Source of the DNA: Clostridiales bacterium
GTDB taxonomy: Bacteria; Bacillota; Clostridia; Peptostreptococcales; Anaerovoracaceae
Direction: 5' to 3'
NCBI GenBank assembly: GCA_009778945.1
Contig: WRFF01000001.1
Coordinates: forward strand, 1 to 41,600
DNA: 41,600 nucleotides
Within the stretch, counting starts at the first letter, position 1; each line of letters opens with the position of its first letter. Below are positions 1-8,672 of the stretch, one piece after another. The notes beneath the pieces were generated by a model, which saw nothing but the letters and a program-made list of their open reading frames with translations, had not been told where the DNA came from and ran no database searches. The translations under genes were made by a program, and so were the position numbers.

Positions 1-121
1 TCTTGGCCTTATTGTATCCCATCTTTCGGCAATTTCAAATACTATCGCCTCTTTGACTTCTCAACCTTCGTTAGCGTTTTTCACTTCGCTCCTTAAGGGG
101 CGCACTTACTTTTGCAACTGA

Positions 122-799
122 CTAATTCGAAGCGGAGACACTGCTCCCCGGGCCCTGTGCTGCTCCGCTGTTTCCGCCGCCGTTACCCGGCCCTCTGTTG
201 CCGAAGCCGGACAGTTGATCGGCTTGGGCCTGTGTGATCGTTCCGGCTTTCACCAGCGAGGCAAGCGCGTCTTTTGACGCGTTGGCCTGAGCCTGTCTTA
301 CGGCCGTCATCTGGTCCTGCGACAGGCCCAAATTTCCGAACGGTCCGGGCCTGCTGTTTGAGCCTGTCCCGCCGGGCCTGCCGTTTTGAGTGTTTTGCCC
401 GGATCCGCCGGGCTGTGCGGGTGGAGTAGACTGCCCGGACCCGCCGGGCTGCGCAGGCCGGCCGTTTTGCCCGCCTTGCCCGGAACCGCCGGGCCTGCCG
501 GAACCGCCAAAACCGGTGCTTGCGGAAAGGATCGAATTCGCCTGATCCTGCGTAATCGTTCCTTTTGCCACAAGCGCATCCAGCTCTGTTTTCAGGTTCG
601 CCTGCACCGCCGTGCGGTACGCCGTCATCTGATCCTGCGTCAGGCCGGCCGGATTGCCGCCGCCCTGGCCGTTCGCTGAATTGTTCGGATTCTTCGCCGA
701 AGCGTTGGCGGTCGCTGTTGCGCTACCCGTTGCGCAGGATGACAATATGGCCATAGCCGCAATCACGACCAAACTTATTACGATTTTCTTCATCTTCAT
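122..799 (-). CDS. Secreted lipoprotein, G/Q/P/S-rich low complexity, with an internal duplication of a ~35-aa helical motif (possibly DUF2680/YckD-like)
   Basis: 225-aa ORF. The N-terminus MKMKKIVISLVVIAAMAILSSC is a signal peptide plus lipobox. The motif L[TS]QDQMTA.R...LV.[AK]GTITQ.QA occurs twice. A purine-rich SD (GAGAGGAAG) lies just upstream on the minus strand. Confidence 0.6.
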   Translation of the reverse strand: MKMKKIVISLVVIAAMAILSSCATGSATATANASAKNPNNSANGQGGGNPAGLTQDQMTAYRTAVQANLKTELDALVAKGTITQDQANSILSASTGFGGSGRPGGSGQGGQNGRPAQPGGSGQSTPPAQPGGSGQNTQNGRPGGTGSNSRPGPFGNLGLSQDQMTAVRQAQANASKDALASLVKAGTITQAQADQLSGFGNRGPGNGGGNSGAAQGPGSSVSASN

Positions 800-994
800 C
801 GCTTCCTCTCAATGCAAGATTCAATCCGCTAATTAGAAACAGGTTTCCATAAAGAATGCTTCTTTCTTTGTAAATTGAATACTGCCATATGATTTCTTTC
901 ATGCTATTCGCTTTCCATTAACGCAGCGTTAAAATTTTCCGCCCCGGTTTTTCGGTTCGGGTTCTGTTTGGAATCCGGAAAGAGGAAATATACC

Positions 995-1105
995 ATGATG
1001 CTATACTATTATTATGAGTATTATGGCTATCATAAATATTATTATTATAAAAAAATCATGCATAACCGAAAAAATCACAAAATCACACTCTGTCGCTGTT
1101 ATTAA
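995..1105 (+). CDS. Candidate Tyr-rich mini-ORF (36 aa: MMLYYYYEYYGYHKYYYYKKIMHNRKNHKITLCRCY) in an AT-rich island; may be a chance ORF
   Basis: Hand translation. GAGGA at 982-986 lies 8 nt before the ATG at 995. 12 of 36 codons are Tyr (mostly TAT). The stop TAA is at 1103-1105. Below the ORF-track length cutoff. Confidence 0.2.
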   Translation: MMLYYYYEYYGYHKYYYYKKIMHNRKNHKITLCRCY

Positions 1106-1347
1106 AAAATTTCAGCATAATACCGTGAATGGATAATTCTTTTCTTGACATCAAAACTGTGATATTTTGGCGAAAAACCTGAGTAAAGAACGATTTTCTG
1201 CTTGATTATCGCCTAGTTCACCTGTTTTTTCGGTTTTATTGAGGAAAATTCGTTCTTTACTCCAATTTTGTGCCACAAATCAACCTGTTCACTGTCAAAC
1301 GCCGTCCCATGTGAACCGCAATGCCTGGAAATTACTCCGCTAAACAG
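1105..1347 (-). repeat. 243-bp repeat, copy 1 of a near-identical pair. It contains a long imperfect palindrome (arms 1168-1198 / 1244-1275, ~45-nt spacer).
   Basis: Hand alignment to 12441-12683 gives about 13 mismatches or indels over 243 bp. The arms TGGCGAAAAACCTGAGTAAAGAACGATTTTC and GAAAATTCGTTCTTTACTCCAATTTTGTGCCA are reverse complements with a 13-bp perfect core. The core is homologous, in reverse orientation, to the elements at 29723-29829 and 34184-34289. Confidence 0.85.
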
Positions 1348-1529
1348 TCTTTCTTAAATTGCGCCCCTTGGCCGCTGCCCTCATATCGAAGACTTCACCG
1401 CAACCTCTATGCGCGAACAACTTACTGCAACTTATTGTCTCCTTTGGGGTCGCATTCATGTTTCCGAGTTTCGAACAGGGGGCAAATCTTGCCCTGATGC
1501 GATATTGCTTGCGCGGCGGCAGGTTTTTC

Positions 1530-1538
1530 TGTTATACT
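1530..1538 (+). promoter_or_regulatory. Possible extended -10 promoter (TGtTATACT) that would give rpsB a ~330-nt leader
   Basis: TG at 1530-1531 and TATACT at 1533-1538. There is no good -35 at 17-bp spacing. Confidence 0.25.
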
Positions 1539-1874
1539 ATTTGTCGCGTCTGCGCTACGCAATTTGCGGACGCGAGGGAACCGCCGGATTCAACGAGCGG
1601 TCCCGGAACGAGTGAGCACGCCATATGGCTGCGGGTTGGTGACGCAATTCCATCAACCACTAATTAGTTTATTGAATTGGCGAGGCAGTTTGCCGTCGTG
1701 CAAGGCGCAATAACGCAGCCGTACTGGTAGTACAGCGAGGCTTTGCAACATAGCAGGATGGCAAAATAGCCGCAAAAATGTAAAGTATTTAGTGGTCGGC
1801 GGAATAACGGTGGGCATGCCGAAGCGAAGGCCCGCACGATACTGTGTGGCGGAAGTAAAACCGGAGGTGAAATT

Positions 1875-2810
1875 ATGCCAGTTATTTCTATGAAACAATT
1901 GCTCGAGGCAGGCGTCCATTTTGGGCATCAGACCCGTCGGTGGAATCCGAAGATGGCGCCGTACATCTTTGCCGAGCGCAACCAGATCTACATTATTGAC
2001 CTGCAGCAGACCGTCTCGCTGATCGACGACGCCTACACGTTCATCCAGGATGTCGTGCGCATGGGCAAGCCGATCCTTTTTGTCGGCACAAAGAAGCAGG
2101 CGCAGCAGGTTGTCAAGGACGAAGCGGAACGGGCCGGCCAGTTCTATGTGAACGAACGCTGGCTCGGCGGAATGCTGACCAATTATAAAACGATCTCGGG
2201 CCGCATCGATCGGCTGCATGAGATCGAAAAGATGGAAGAGGACGGCGTGTTTGAGCAGCTTACGAAGAAGGAAGTGCTGAAACTGCGCCAGGAGCATGAC
2301 AAACTTGAAAAATTTCTGGGCGGCATCAAGGATATGCACCGGATGCCGGGTGCGGTCTTTGTGGTCGATCCGAAGAAAGAACGGATCGCGGTGAAAGAAG
2401 CGAGGATATTGGGGATCCCTATCGTCGGTATCGTGGATACGAACTGTGACCCGGACGACGTCGATTATGTGATCCCCGCCAACGACGACGCCATCCGCTC
2501 GATCCGGCTGATCACGGCGGCCATGGCGGACGCGGTTGTTGAGGCGAATCAGGGCGAGGATTTCTCGGAGAGCGAAAGCGGCGCCGGTGCGGCGTCCGAA
2601 TCCCTGTTTGTCAATATGGAAGCAAGCGAGGAACAGGATAAAGCGGCTGAAATGCTCATGGAAGAAACCTTGGAGGATATGGCCGACGAAGCGGAAGACC
2701 GCGAAGAACAAGCCGAAGAAGCGTCCATGGAAACGGCGGTCTTTGAGATGCCGGACGAGACGGAAGCAGACGCGGATGCGGACGAGGACGAAGAAGAAGA
2801 CGATTTTTAG
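1875..2810 (+). CDS. rpsB: 30S ribosomal protein S2 with a long acidic C-terminal extension
   Basis: 311 aa. [27 protein letters not shown] is the canonical S2 N-terminus. SD GGAGGTG lies upstream. The C-terminal ~85 aa are D/E-rich. Confidence 0.97.
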   Translation: MPVISMKQLLEAGVHFGHQTRRWNPKMAPYIFAERNQIYIIDLQQTVSLIDDAYTFIQDVVRMGKPILFVGTKKQAQQVVKDEAERAGQFYVNERWLGGMLTNYKTISGRIDRLHEIEKMEEDGVFEQLTKKEVLKLRQEHDKLEKFLGGIKDMHRMPGAVFVVDPKKERIAVKEARILGIPIVGIVDTNCDPDDVDYVIPANDDAIRSIRLITAAMADAVVEANQGEDFSESESGAGAASESLFVNMEASEEQDKAAEMLMEETLEDMADEAEDREEQAEEASMETAVFEMPDETEADADADEDEEEDDF

Positions 2811-2866
2811 GCGCCGGATTCGGCAGGCCGAAAGACAAAAAGGACAGGGACAAGGAGGTAACAGCG

Positions 2867-3787
2867 ATGGCAATCACATCTGCTTTGATTAAAGAACTGC
2901 GCGAGCGAACCGGAGCGGGGATGCTTGACTGCAAAAATGTGCTCATAGAGGTTGAGGGCGACATTGAAAAGGCAATCGACGAACTGCGCAAGAAGGGCCT
3001 TGCGAAAGCCGCGAAGAAATCGGGGCGCATCGCCGCGGAAGGGCTGGTGCGTGTTATAAAGACGCCGGACAGCAAAAAAGCGGGCATCATCGAAGTCAAT
3101 ATCGAGACAGATTTTGCGTCGAAGAACGAGGAATTCGTTCGTCTCGTCGATACGCTGGCGCAGCAGACGCTGACGACGAAAGCGAAGGACGTGGAAGCTT
3201 TTCTTGCGGAGCCTTACGCGGGCGGCAGCGAGACGGCTCGGGATTTTCTGACAAATTTCATCGCGAAGATCGGGGAAAATATTTCCGTGCGGCGCTTCGA
3301 CATATTGGAATCCCCCGGTGTGGTGTATGTGGATTATCTGCATCTCGGCGGAAAGATCGGCGTGATCATCGGTCTCCGGACGGAGGCGACGCCGGAAGAA
3401 GCCGAGACGCTCGGCAAGGATGTCGCAATGCAGGTTGCTTCCATGAACCCGCTCTTCATTGATGAAAGCGCGGTGGATCCGGAATATATCGAAAAAGAGA
3501 AAGAGATTCTCATCGATCAGGCGCTCAAAGAGGGCAAGCCCGCCGATATTGTGGAAAAGATGGTCATGGGCCGCCTGAAAAAGGAGCTGAAAGAGACCTG
3601 CCTGCTGGAGCAGAAATTCGTAAAGAACAGCGATCTGACGGTGGCGCAGTATGTGAAGGACGGGGCGAAAGCGATCGGCAAGGATGTCGCGGTTGTCTCG
3701 AAGGTCCGCTACGAGGTCGGAGAAGGCATTGAAAAAAAGGAAGAGAATTTTGCGGAAGAGGTTGCAAAACAAATGGCCGGGCAGTAG
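2867..3787 (+). CDS. tsf: Elongation factor Ts
   Basis: 306 aa. [24 protein letters not shown] is the UBA-like N-terminus of EF-Ts. SD AAGGAGG. Sits in the conserved position after rpsB. Confidence 0.97.
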   Translation: MAITSALIKELRERTGAGMLDCKNVLIEVEGDIEKAIDELRKKGLAKAAKKSGRIAAEGLVRVIKTPDSKKAGIIEVNIETDFASKNEEFVRLVDTLAQQTLTTKAKDVEAFLAEPYAGGSETARDFLTNFIAKIGENISVRRFDILESPGVVYVDYLHLGGKIGVIIGLRTEATPEEAETLGKDVAMQVASMNPLFIDESAVDPEYIEKEKEILIDQALKEGKPADIVEKMVMGRLKKELKETCLLEQKFVKNSDLTVAQYVKDGAKAIGKDVAVVSKVRYEVGEGIEKKEENFAEEVAKQMAGQ

Positions 3788-3801
3788 TCGGAAAATGTGG
3801 T

Positions 3802-3836
3802 AAAATGCGAGGGACAGTTGTTCCTCGCATTTTTAT
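3802..3836 (+). terminator. Rho-independent terminator or attenuator after tsf
   Basis: AAAATGCGAGG-gacagttgtt-CCTCGCATTTTTAT: a GC stem extended by A/T pairing and followed by a T-run. Confidence 0.6.
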
Positions 3837-3861
3837 ATGCAACAGCAGGGCAGGGCGGAAG

Positions 3862-4566
3862 ATGGAACCGAAATATAAAAAGGTTATTCTGAAAATCAGC
3901 GGAGAAGCGCTTGCGGGCGCCAATCATTTTGGGCTCGACGACGCGATGCTGGGCATGGTTGCGGAGGAAGTCCGGGAGATTTATGATCTCGGCGTGCAGA
4001 TCGCGATCGTGGTCGGCGGCGGCAATTTCTGGCGGGGCAGGACAAGCGAAAATATGGACCGCGCGACAGCGGATTATATGGGGATGCTTGCGACGACGAT
4101 CAACGGGCTTGCGCTTCAGTCGGCGCTCGAAGGGATCGGCCTTGCGACGCGTGTGCAGACAGCGATTGAAATGCGGGAAATCGCCGAGCCGTATATCCGC
4201 CGCAAGGCGATTGCGGAGATGGATCGCGGCGACATCGTGATCTTCGCGGCCGGTACCGGCAATCCGTTCTTTTCGACGGATACGACGGCGGCGCTCCGGG
4301 CGGCGGAAATCAATGCGGACATTATCCTGCTCGCGAAAAAGATCGACGCGGTGTATTCGGATGACCCGAACGTAAATCCGAACGCTGTCCGCTATTATAA
4401 ACTGACGCATCAGGAAGTGTTGGAAAAAGATCTAAAGGTGATGGACAGTACGGCGGCTTCTTTGTGCCGCGACAACGGGATCCCGATCCATGTCTTTGCG
4501 CTGGCCGAACCGGGCAATATGCTCAGGGCTGTATGCGGGGAACCGATCGGGACGATCATCACATGA
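3862..4566 (+). CDS. pyrH: UMP kinase
   Basis: [17 protein letters not shown]...[10 protein letters not shown] is typical of PyrH. The start was moved to the ATG at 3862, inside the longer ORF 3805-4566 that runs through the terminator hairpin. Confidence 0.93.
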   Translation: MEPKYKKVILKISGEALAGANHFGLDDAMLGMVAEEVREIYDLGVQIAIVVGGGNFWRGRTSENMDRATADYMGMLATTINGLALQSALEGIGLATRVQTAIEMREIAEPYIRRKAIAEMDRGDIVIFAAGTGNPFFSTDTTAALRAAEINADIILLAKKIDAVYSDDPNVNPNAVRYYKLTHQEVLEKDLKVMDSTAASLCRDNGIPIHVFALAEPGNMLRAVCGEPIGTIIT

Positions 4567-4580
4567 GTCAGGAGGAAAAA

Positions 4581-5138
4581 ATGGATAGGGATGTGCAGGA
4601 AATCTTTGCGGAACGAATCGAAAAAAGCCTCGCAAATCTTCGGGAAAATCTGAATACCGTTCGCGCAGGGCGCGCCAATCCGGCGCTGCTCGATAAGATT
4701 TTGGTGGATTATTATGGGACGCAGACCCCGCTGAAAGGCGTCGCGAATATCTCGGCGCCGGATCCGAGGACACTTCTGGTCGTTCCGTTTGATCCGAAAT
4801 CCATGCATGAGATCGAAAAGGCGATCGGCGCCTCATCGCTCGGTATCCATCCGGGAAATGACGGGAAAGCGATTCGCCTGCAGATCCCGGCACTGACGGA
4901 AGAACGCCGCAAAGAGCTCACGAAACTTGTAAAAAAATACGGGGAGGATGCGAAAGTCGCGATCCGCAATGAGCGGCGCAATGCGAACGAGCTATTGAAA
5001 AAACAGGAAAAGGCGGGCGATCTTACGGAGGACGATCTGAAGGATGAGGAGAAGAAATCGCAGAAAAAGGCGGACGACGCGATAGATCAAATCGATAAGA
5101 TCGTTGCGGCAAAAGAGGCGGAAATTCTCGAGGTTTGA
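4581..5138 (+). CDS. frr: Ribosome recycling factor
   Basis: 185 aa from the ATG at 4581, preceded by GGAGG at 4571-4575. Contains NLNTVRAGRANPALLD and IRNERRNANE motifs. The ORF-track start at 4464 overlaps pyrH and is unlikely. Confidence 0.95.
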   Translation: MDRDVQEIFAERIEKSLANLRENLNTVRAGRANPALLDKILVDYYGTQTPLKGVANISAPDPRTLLVVPFDPKSMHEIEKAIGASSLGIHPGNDGKAIRLQIPALTEERRKELTKLVKKYGEDAKVAIRNERRNANELLKKQEKAGDLTEDDLKDEEKKSQKKADDAIDQIDKIVAAKEAEILEV

Positions 5139-5869
5139 TGACGGGACAACCAACAGCTTTGCAAGCGATTCCCGGACATATCGCATTGATTATGGACGGG
5201 AACGGGCGGTGGGCGGAAAACCGCAGCCTTCCGAAATTTAAGGGGCATGAGGCGGGTATGGATGCGATGATCCGCGTTGTGCGCCATGCTTCGGATATCG
5301 GCGTGAAACACCTGACGGTCTACGCGTTCTCCACGGAAAACTGGAAGCGCAGCGTCGGTGAGGTGGCGGGGATATTTGACCTTTTACTTATTTATGTCAA
5401 CCGCGAGCTTGAAGAGCTGCATCGCAACGGGGTACGTGTGGATATTCTGGGCGACCGTACGCCGTTTTCGAAGAAGGTCAACGCCGCGCTTGACAAGACA
5501 ATTCAAAAAACAAAGGACAACGACGGACTGCGGTTTCATATCGCTCTAAATTACGGAGGCCGGGCGGATATTCTCATGGCGGCGAAAGATTTTGCCATGA
5601 CGTTTGCGGAAGGGCATTTGGAAAAAAGCCTCAAAGATTTCGATGAAAGGGATTTTGCGCGGTATTTGTATACGGACGGCACGCCGGATCCGGATTTGCT
5701 GATTCGCCCCGGCGGGGAGAAACGCCTTTCCAATTTCTTATTATGGCAGATTGCCTATGCGGAATTGGTTTTTTCGGATGTTCTGTGGCCGGATTTCGGC
5801 CCTGAAGACCTCGATCTTGCGATCGGGGAATATGGGGCGCGCAAGCGACGTTTTGGAGGACGAATATGA
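5138..5869 (+). CDS. uppS: Undecaprenyl (isoprenyl) diphosphate synthase
   Basis: HIALIMDGNGRWA and FSTENWKR motifs. The ATG at 5138 overlaps the frr stop (TGATG); an alternative TTG lies at 5135. Confidence 0.93.
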   Translation: MTGQPTALQAIPGHIALIMDGNGRWAENRSLPKFKGHEAGMDAMIRVVRHASDIGVKHLTVYAFSTENWKRSVGEVAGIFDLLLIYVNRELEELHRNGVRVDILGDRTPFSKKVNAALDKTIQKTKDNDGLRFHIALNYGGRADILMAAKDFAMTFAEGHLEKSLKDFDERDFARYLYTDGTPDPDLLIRPGGEKRLSNFLLWQIAYAELVFSDVLWPDFGPEDLDLAIGEYGARKRRFGGRI

Positions 5870-6705
5870 AAACACGCATTAAATCCGGAGTGCTTATGCT
5901 GCCTTTTCTGATTCTCGTTTTTCTGGGGGGCTGGTTTCTGTTTGCGGGCGTATTTGCGCTGACGATTTTTTGCCTGAGGGAATATGCGGGCGCTTTCGGT
6001 GAGAAGCGGCCGGCCGCCTGGGTCTTCATTGCGAGCGCGGTGATCCTGTTCGCCGGCTATCTGATACCGCCGTTTCGCAGCTATATTATACTTCCCTGGA
6101 TCTTCGTTTCGGTCATCCTGTGTTTTCTGTCGATGTTCCCCATGGAAAAGCGCGGCCTGATGCAGGGGTTTGCCACTTTTGTCGGCGTCTTTTATGTGAT
6201 TTTCCTGGCTTTCCATATCGTCCTTGTAGATGCTTTCCCCAACGCGACAGACCCTATCCACATCTCGAAGGATTTTCAGTTTTCCGGGATCCACAGCTTT
6301 GTCTGGATCATCGTGCTCGCCGCGTTCGGTACGGATGTTTTTGCGTTCTTTACGGGACGGCTGATCGGTTCCAGAAAACTCTGTCCGCAGATCAGCCCGA
6401 ATAAAACGGTTGAGGGCGCCATCGGCGGCATGCTCGGCAGCGTCATTCTCTGCGGCTTGTTCGGCTGGTTTTTCCTGCCCGGCGGTTTTTTGGACTGCGT
6501 GATCATCGGCCTGCTCGGCGGCGTTGTCTCGCAGCTCGGAGATCTGTCCGCGTCTGTGCTCAAACGCCATATCGGCGTGAAGGACTGGGGTACGCTGATC
6601 CCGGGGCACGGAGGCCTTCTGGACCGCGTGGACAGCGTGCTGTTCACGGCGCCGCTTGTCTTTTACTATCTCCTGTTTAAGACGGCGATTCTTCAGGCGC
6701 TTTGA
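5866..6705 (+). CDS. cdsA: Phosphatidate cytidylyltransferase
   Basis: 279 aa, multi-TM. SPNKTVEGAIGG...GDLSAS..KRH.GVKDWG.LIPGHGG.LDR.DS is the CdsA signature. ATGA overlap with uppS. Confidence 0.93.
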   Translation: MKTRIKSGVLMLPFLILVFLGGWFLFAGVFALTIFCLREYAGAFGEKRPAAWVFIASAVILFAGYLIPPFRSYIILPWIFVSVILCFLSMFPMEKRGLMQGFATFVGVFYVIFLAFHIVLVDAFPNATDPIHISKDFQFSGIHSFVWIIVLAAFGTDVFAFFTGRLIGSRKLCPQISPNKTVEGAIGGMLGSVILCGLFGWFFLPGGFLDCVIIGLLGGVVSQLGDLSASVLKRHIGVKDWGTLIPGHGGLLDRVDSVLFTAPLVFYYLLFKTAILQAL

Positions 6706-6720
6706 TTTCGGAGGAACGGA

Positions 6721-7302
6721 ATGGAAATTCTTAAGGATCGGATTATAAAGGACGGTGTGGCAGTCGGCACGGAAATCCTCAAAGTTGATTCTTTTTTAAA
6801 TCATCAGATTGACGTGCGGCTCTTCGAGGAGATCGGGGACGAATTCCGCCGGCGTTTCGCGGATGTGTCCGGCCAGGTGGATAAGATCCTGACCGTCGAA
6901 GCGTCCGGTATCGCCGTCGCGGCTTTTGCGGCGCGCGCGTTCGGTTATCCTCCGGTCGTTTTCGCAAAGAAAGAAAAACCCAACACCATGGACGAACAAT
7001 ATTATTTTTCCGAAGTAATGTCTTTCACAAAGCGCACGATGAGTTCGATCCGTATTGCGAAAAAATTTCTTTCGGCCGGCGACCGCTGCCTTATCATCGA
7101 TGATTTTCTCGCGCACGGACAGGCGGCGCTGGGGCTCTGCCATATCGCAGACCAGGCGGGCGCGTTTATCCTCGGCGTCGGGACCGTGATCGAGAAATCC
7201 TTTCAGGGCGGCGGTGAGAGACTGCGGGAGAAGGGGGTCCGCGTGGAATCCCTCGCCGTTGTGTCAAAGATCGAAAACGGCGAAATCTTTTTCCGGATAT
7301 AA
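6721..7302 (+). CDS. xpt: Xanthine phosphoribosyltransferase
   Basis: 193 aa. LKDRIIKDGVAVGTEILKVDSFLNHQID and LIIDDFLAHGQAA (PRPP-binding) motifs. SD GGAGG upstream. Confidence 0.9.
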   Translation: MEILKDRIIKDGVAVGTEILKVDSFLNHQIDVRLFEEIGDEFRRRFADVSGQVDKILTVEASGIAVAAFAARAFGYPPVVFAKKEKPNTMDEQYYFSEVMSFTKRTMSSIRIAKKFLSAGDRCLIIDDFLAHGQAALGLCHIADQAGAFILGVGTVIEKSFQGGGERLREKGVRVESLAVVSKIENGEIFFRI

Positions 7303-7382
7303 ACGGGCATTAATAAATTTCCATATATTGTGTCCCATCGCAAAAAAATATCAAAAAAACCCAAAATAAGCGAAAAACGCGC

Positions 7383-7411
7383 TTGTAATGTCTTTGAGAT
7401 TTTTTTATAAT
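7383..7411 (+). promoter_or_regulatory. Sigma-70/SigA-type promoter for the BMP/ABC transporter operon
   Basis: TTGTAA (7383-7388), 17-nt spacer, TATAAT (7406-7411). Confidence 0.6.
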
Positions 7412-7458
7412 ATATAAATATTCAGCGGCGTTTTTATGTTTAGAAGGAGAGGTATGAA

Positions 7459-8637
7459 ATGAAAAAAATATGGATTGTAGCGGTGGCGGTGATTCTTGTG
7501 ATTGCCCTGGCCGCCTGCGGCGGAAACAAAGGCTCGGCGCCGTCGGCACCGGCGCCCGGCCCTGGAGGGTCCCCCGGAAACAGCGCACCCGCGGGCGGCG
7601 GCGGCGGCCCGTCCACGACACAACCGCTCGTCGTAGGATTCATCTATATAGGCACCATCAACGACGGCGGCTATACCCAGTCGCAGCATCAGGCGACGAT
7701 GGCGCTGCAGAAGGCTTTGGGCGACAAGGTCAAATGCATCTGGCTGGAAAACATCGACGATACGAATTCGCAGGCTGCGCAGGACGCGGCGAAGCAGCTG
7801 ATCGATCAGGGGGCGACTGTCGTCATAGGCACAAGCTTCGGCTTCGGTGACGGCCTTTTTCAGATGGCCCAGTCCGGCAATTATAACAATATAAAATTCC
7901 TGCATTTCTCGGGCAGCAATATCAACGACACGAATTTCGGCAATTATTTCGGCGCGATGGAGGAACCCCGCTACCTGTCGGGTATCATCGCGGGGATGCA
8001 GACCAAGTCAAACAAGATCGGTTATGTCGCGGCATATCCGAATACGGAAGTGCAGATCGGAATCAACGCGCTTGCGCTCGGCGCACAGTCGGTGAACCCG
8101 AATGCCACGGTGTCTGTCGTCTACATCAACAGCTGGTATGATCCCGCGCAGGAAAAAGCTGCGGCGGAAGCGCTGCTCTCGCAGGGCTGCGATGTGATCG
8201 CGCAGCACTCCGATACGCCGGGGCCGATGCTCGCGGCTGCGGCTGCCGGCAAGCTGGGTATCGGTTATGATCTGGACAACAGCCAGCTTGACGGCCTGCA
8301 GGACTCCTATCTGACGGCTCCGATCTGGCATCAGGAGACCTATCTGATCCCGGCGGTCACGGCGATGATCAACGGCACATGGAAACCCGAATCCTATTAC
8401 GGCAACATGGCGGACGGTATGGTTGCTCTTGCGCCGCTGACCAAAAATGTGACGCCGGAGGCGAAGGCCAAGGTGGAGCAGGTCGAAGCGCAGATCAAAG
8501 CCGGGAATTTCCCGATTTTCAAAGGCCCGATCTATGACAACCAGGGCAATGAAGTCGTCAAGGACGGCCAGACGCTGGACCGCGCCGCTATCTGGACAAC
8601 AAACTATCTCGTGAAAGGCGTGACGGCGGCCCAATAG
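7459..8637 (+). CDS. BMP-family (PnrA/Med-like) substrate-binding lipoprotein of a nucleoside-type ABC transporter
   Basis: 392 aa. Signal peptide plus lipobox (LAAC), then a G/P/S linker, then a BMP-like core (GFIYIGTINDGGYTQSQH...). SD AGGAGA upstream. Followed by an ABC ATPase and two permeases. Confidence 0.85.
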   Translation: MKKIWIVAVAVILVIALAACGGNKGSAPSAPAPGPGGSPGNSAPAGGGGGPSTTQPLVVGFIYIGTINDGGYTQSQHQATMALQKALGDKVKCIWLENIDDTNSQAAQDAAKQLIDQGATVVIGTSFGFGDGLFQMAQSGNYNNIKFLHFSGSNINDTNFGNYFGAMEEPRYLSGIIAGMQTKSNKIGYVAAYPNTEVQIGINALALGAQSVNPNATVSVVYINSWYDPAQEKAAAEALLSQGCDVIAQHSDTPGPMLAAAAAGKLGIGYDLDNSQLDGLQDSYLTAPIWHQETYLIPAVTAMINGTWKPESYYGNMADGMVALAPLTKNVTPEAKAKVEQVEAQIKAGNFPIFKGPIYDNQGNEVVKDGQTLDRAAIWTTNYLVKGVTAAQ

Positions 8638-8672
8638 GCTTCGGCCCGACGAGGAAACGGAAAGCGATACGC

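Noticed and set aside
1168-1275. The long palindromes interpreted as invertible promoter switches (invertons), integron attC sites or intrinsic terminators.
   Set aside because: The ~45-50-nt spacers are too short for recombinase-mediated inversion. No recombinase or integrase is nearby, and I saw no GTTRRRY-type cores. The downstream flanks do not consistently carry a T-run in either orientation.
1283-1335. A 17-codon ORF (MGRRLTVNRLICGTKLE) on the minus strand, conserved in both 243-bp repeat copies (1283-1335 and 12618-12671).
   Set aside because: There is no SD. Its conservation is explained by the ~95% nucleotide identity of the two repeat copies, and it is absent from the diverged copies.
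3805-4566. N-terminally extended ORF-track starts for pyrH (3805), frr (4464), permease 2 (11248), metV (16732), metF (17513), the AsrA-like gene (24679), the AsrB-like gene (25629), fhs (27565) and fdhA (31202).
   Set aside because: The extensions overlap upstream genes or a terminator hairpin and have no homology-like sequence. Internal starts with good SD sites give proteins of canonical length and N-terminus.
6706-7458. A purine (guanine/xanthine) riboswitch ahead of xpt or the BMP transporter gene.
   Set aside because: The gap before xpt is only 15 nt. The 156-nt gap before the transporter lacks the conserved purine-aptamer junction sequences as I remember them. Only a promoter is evident.
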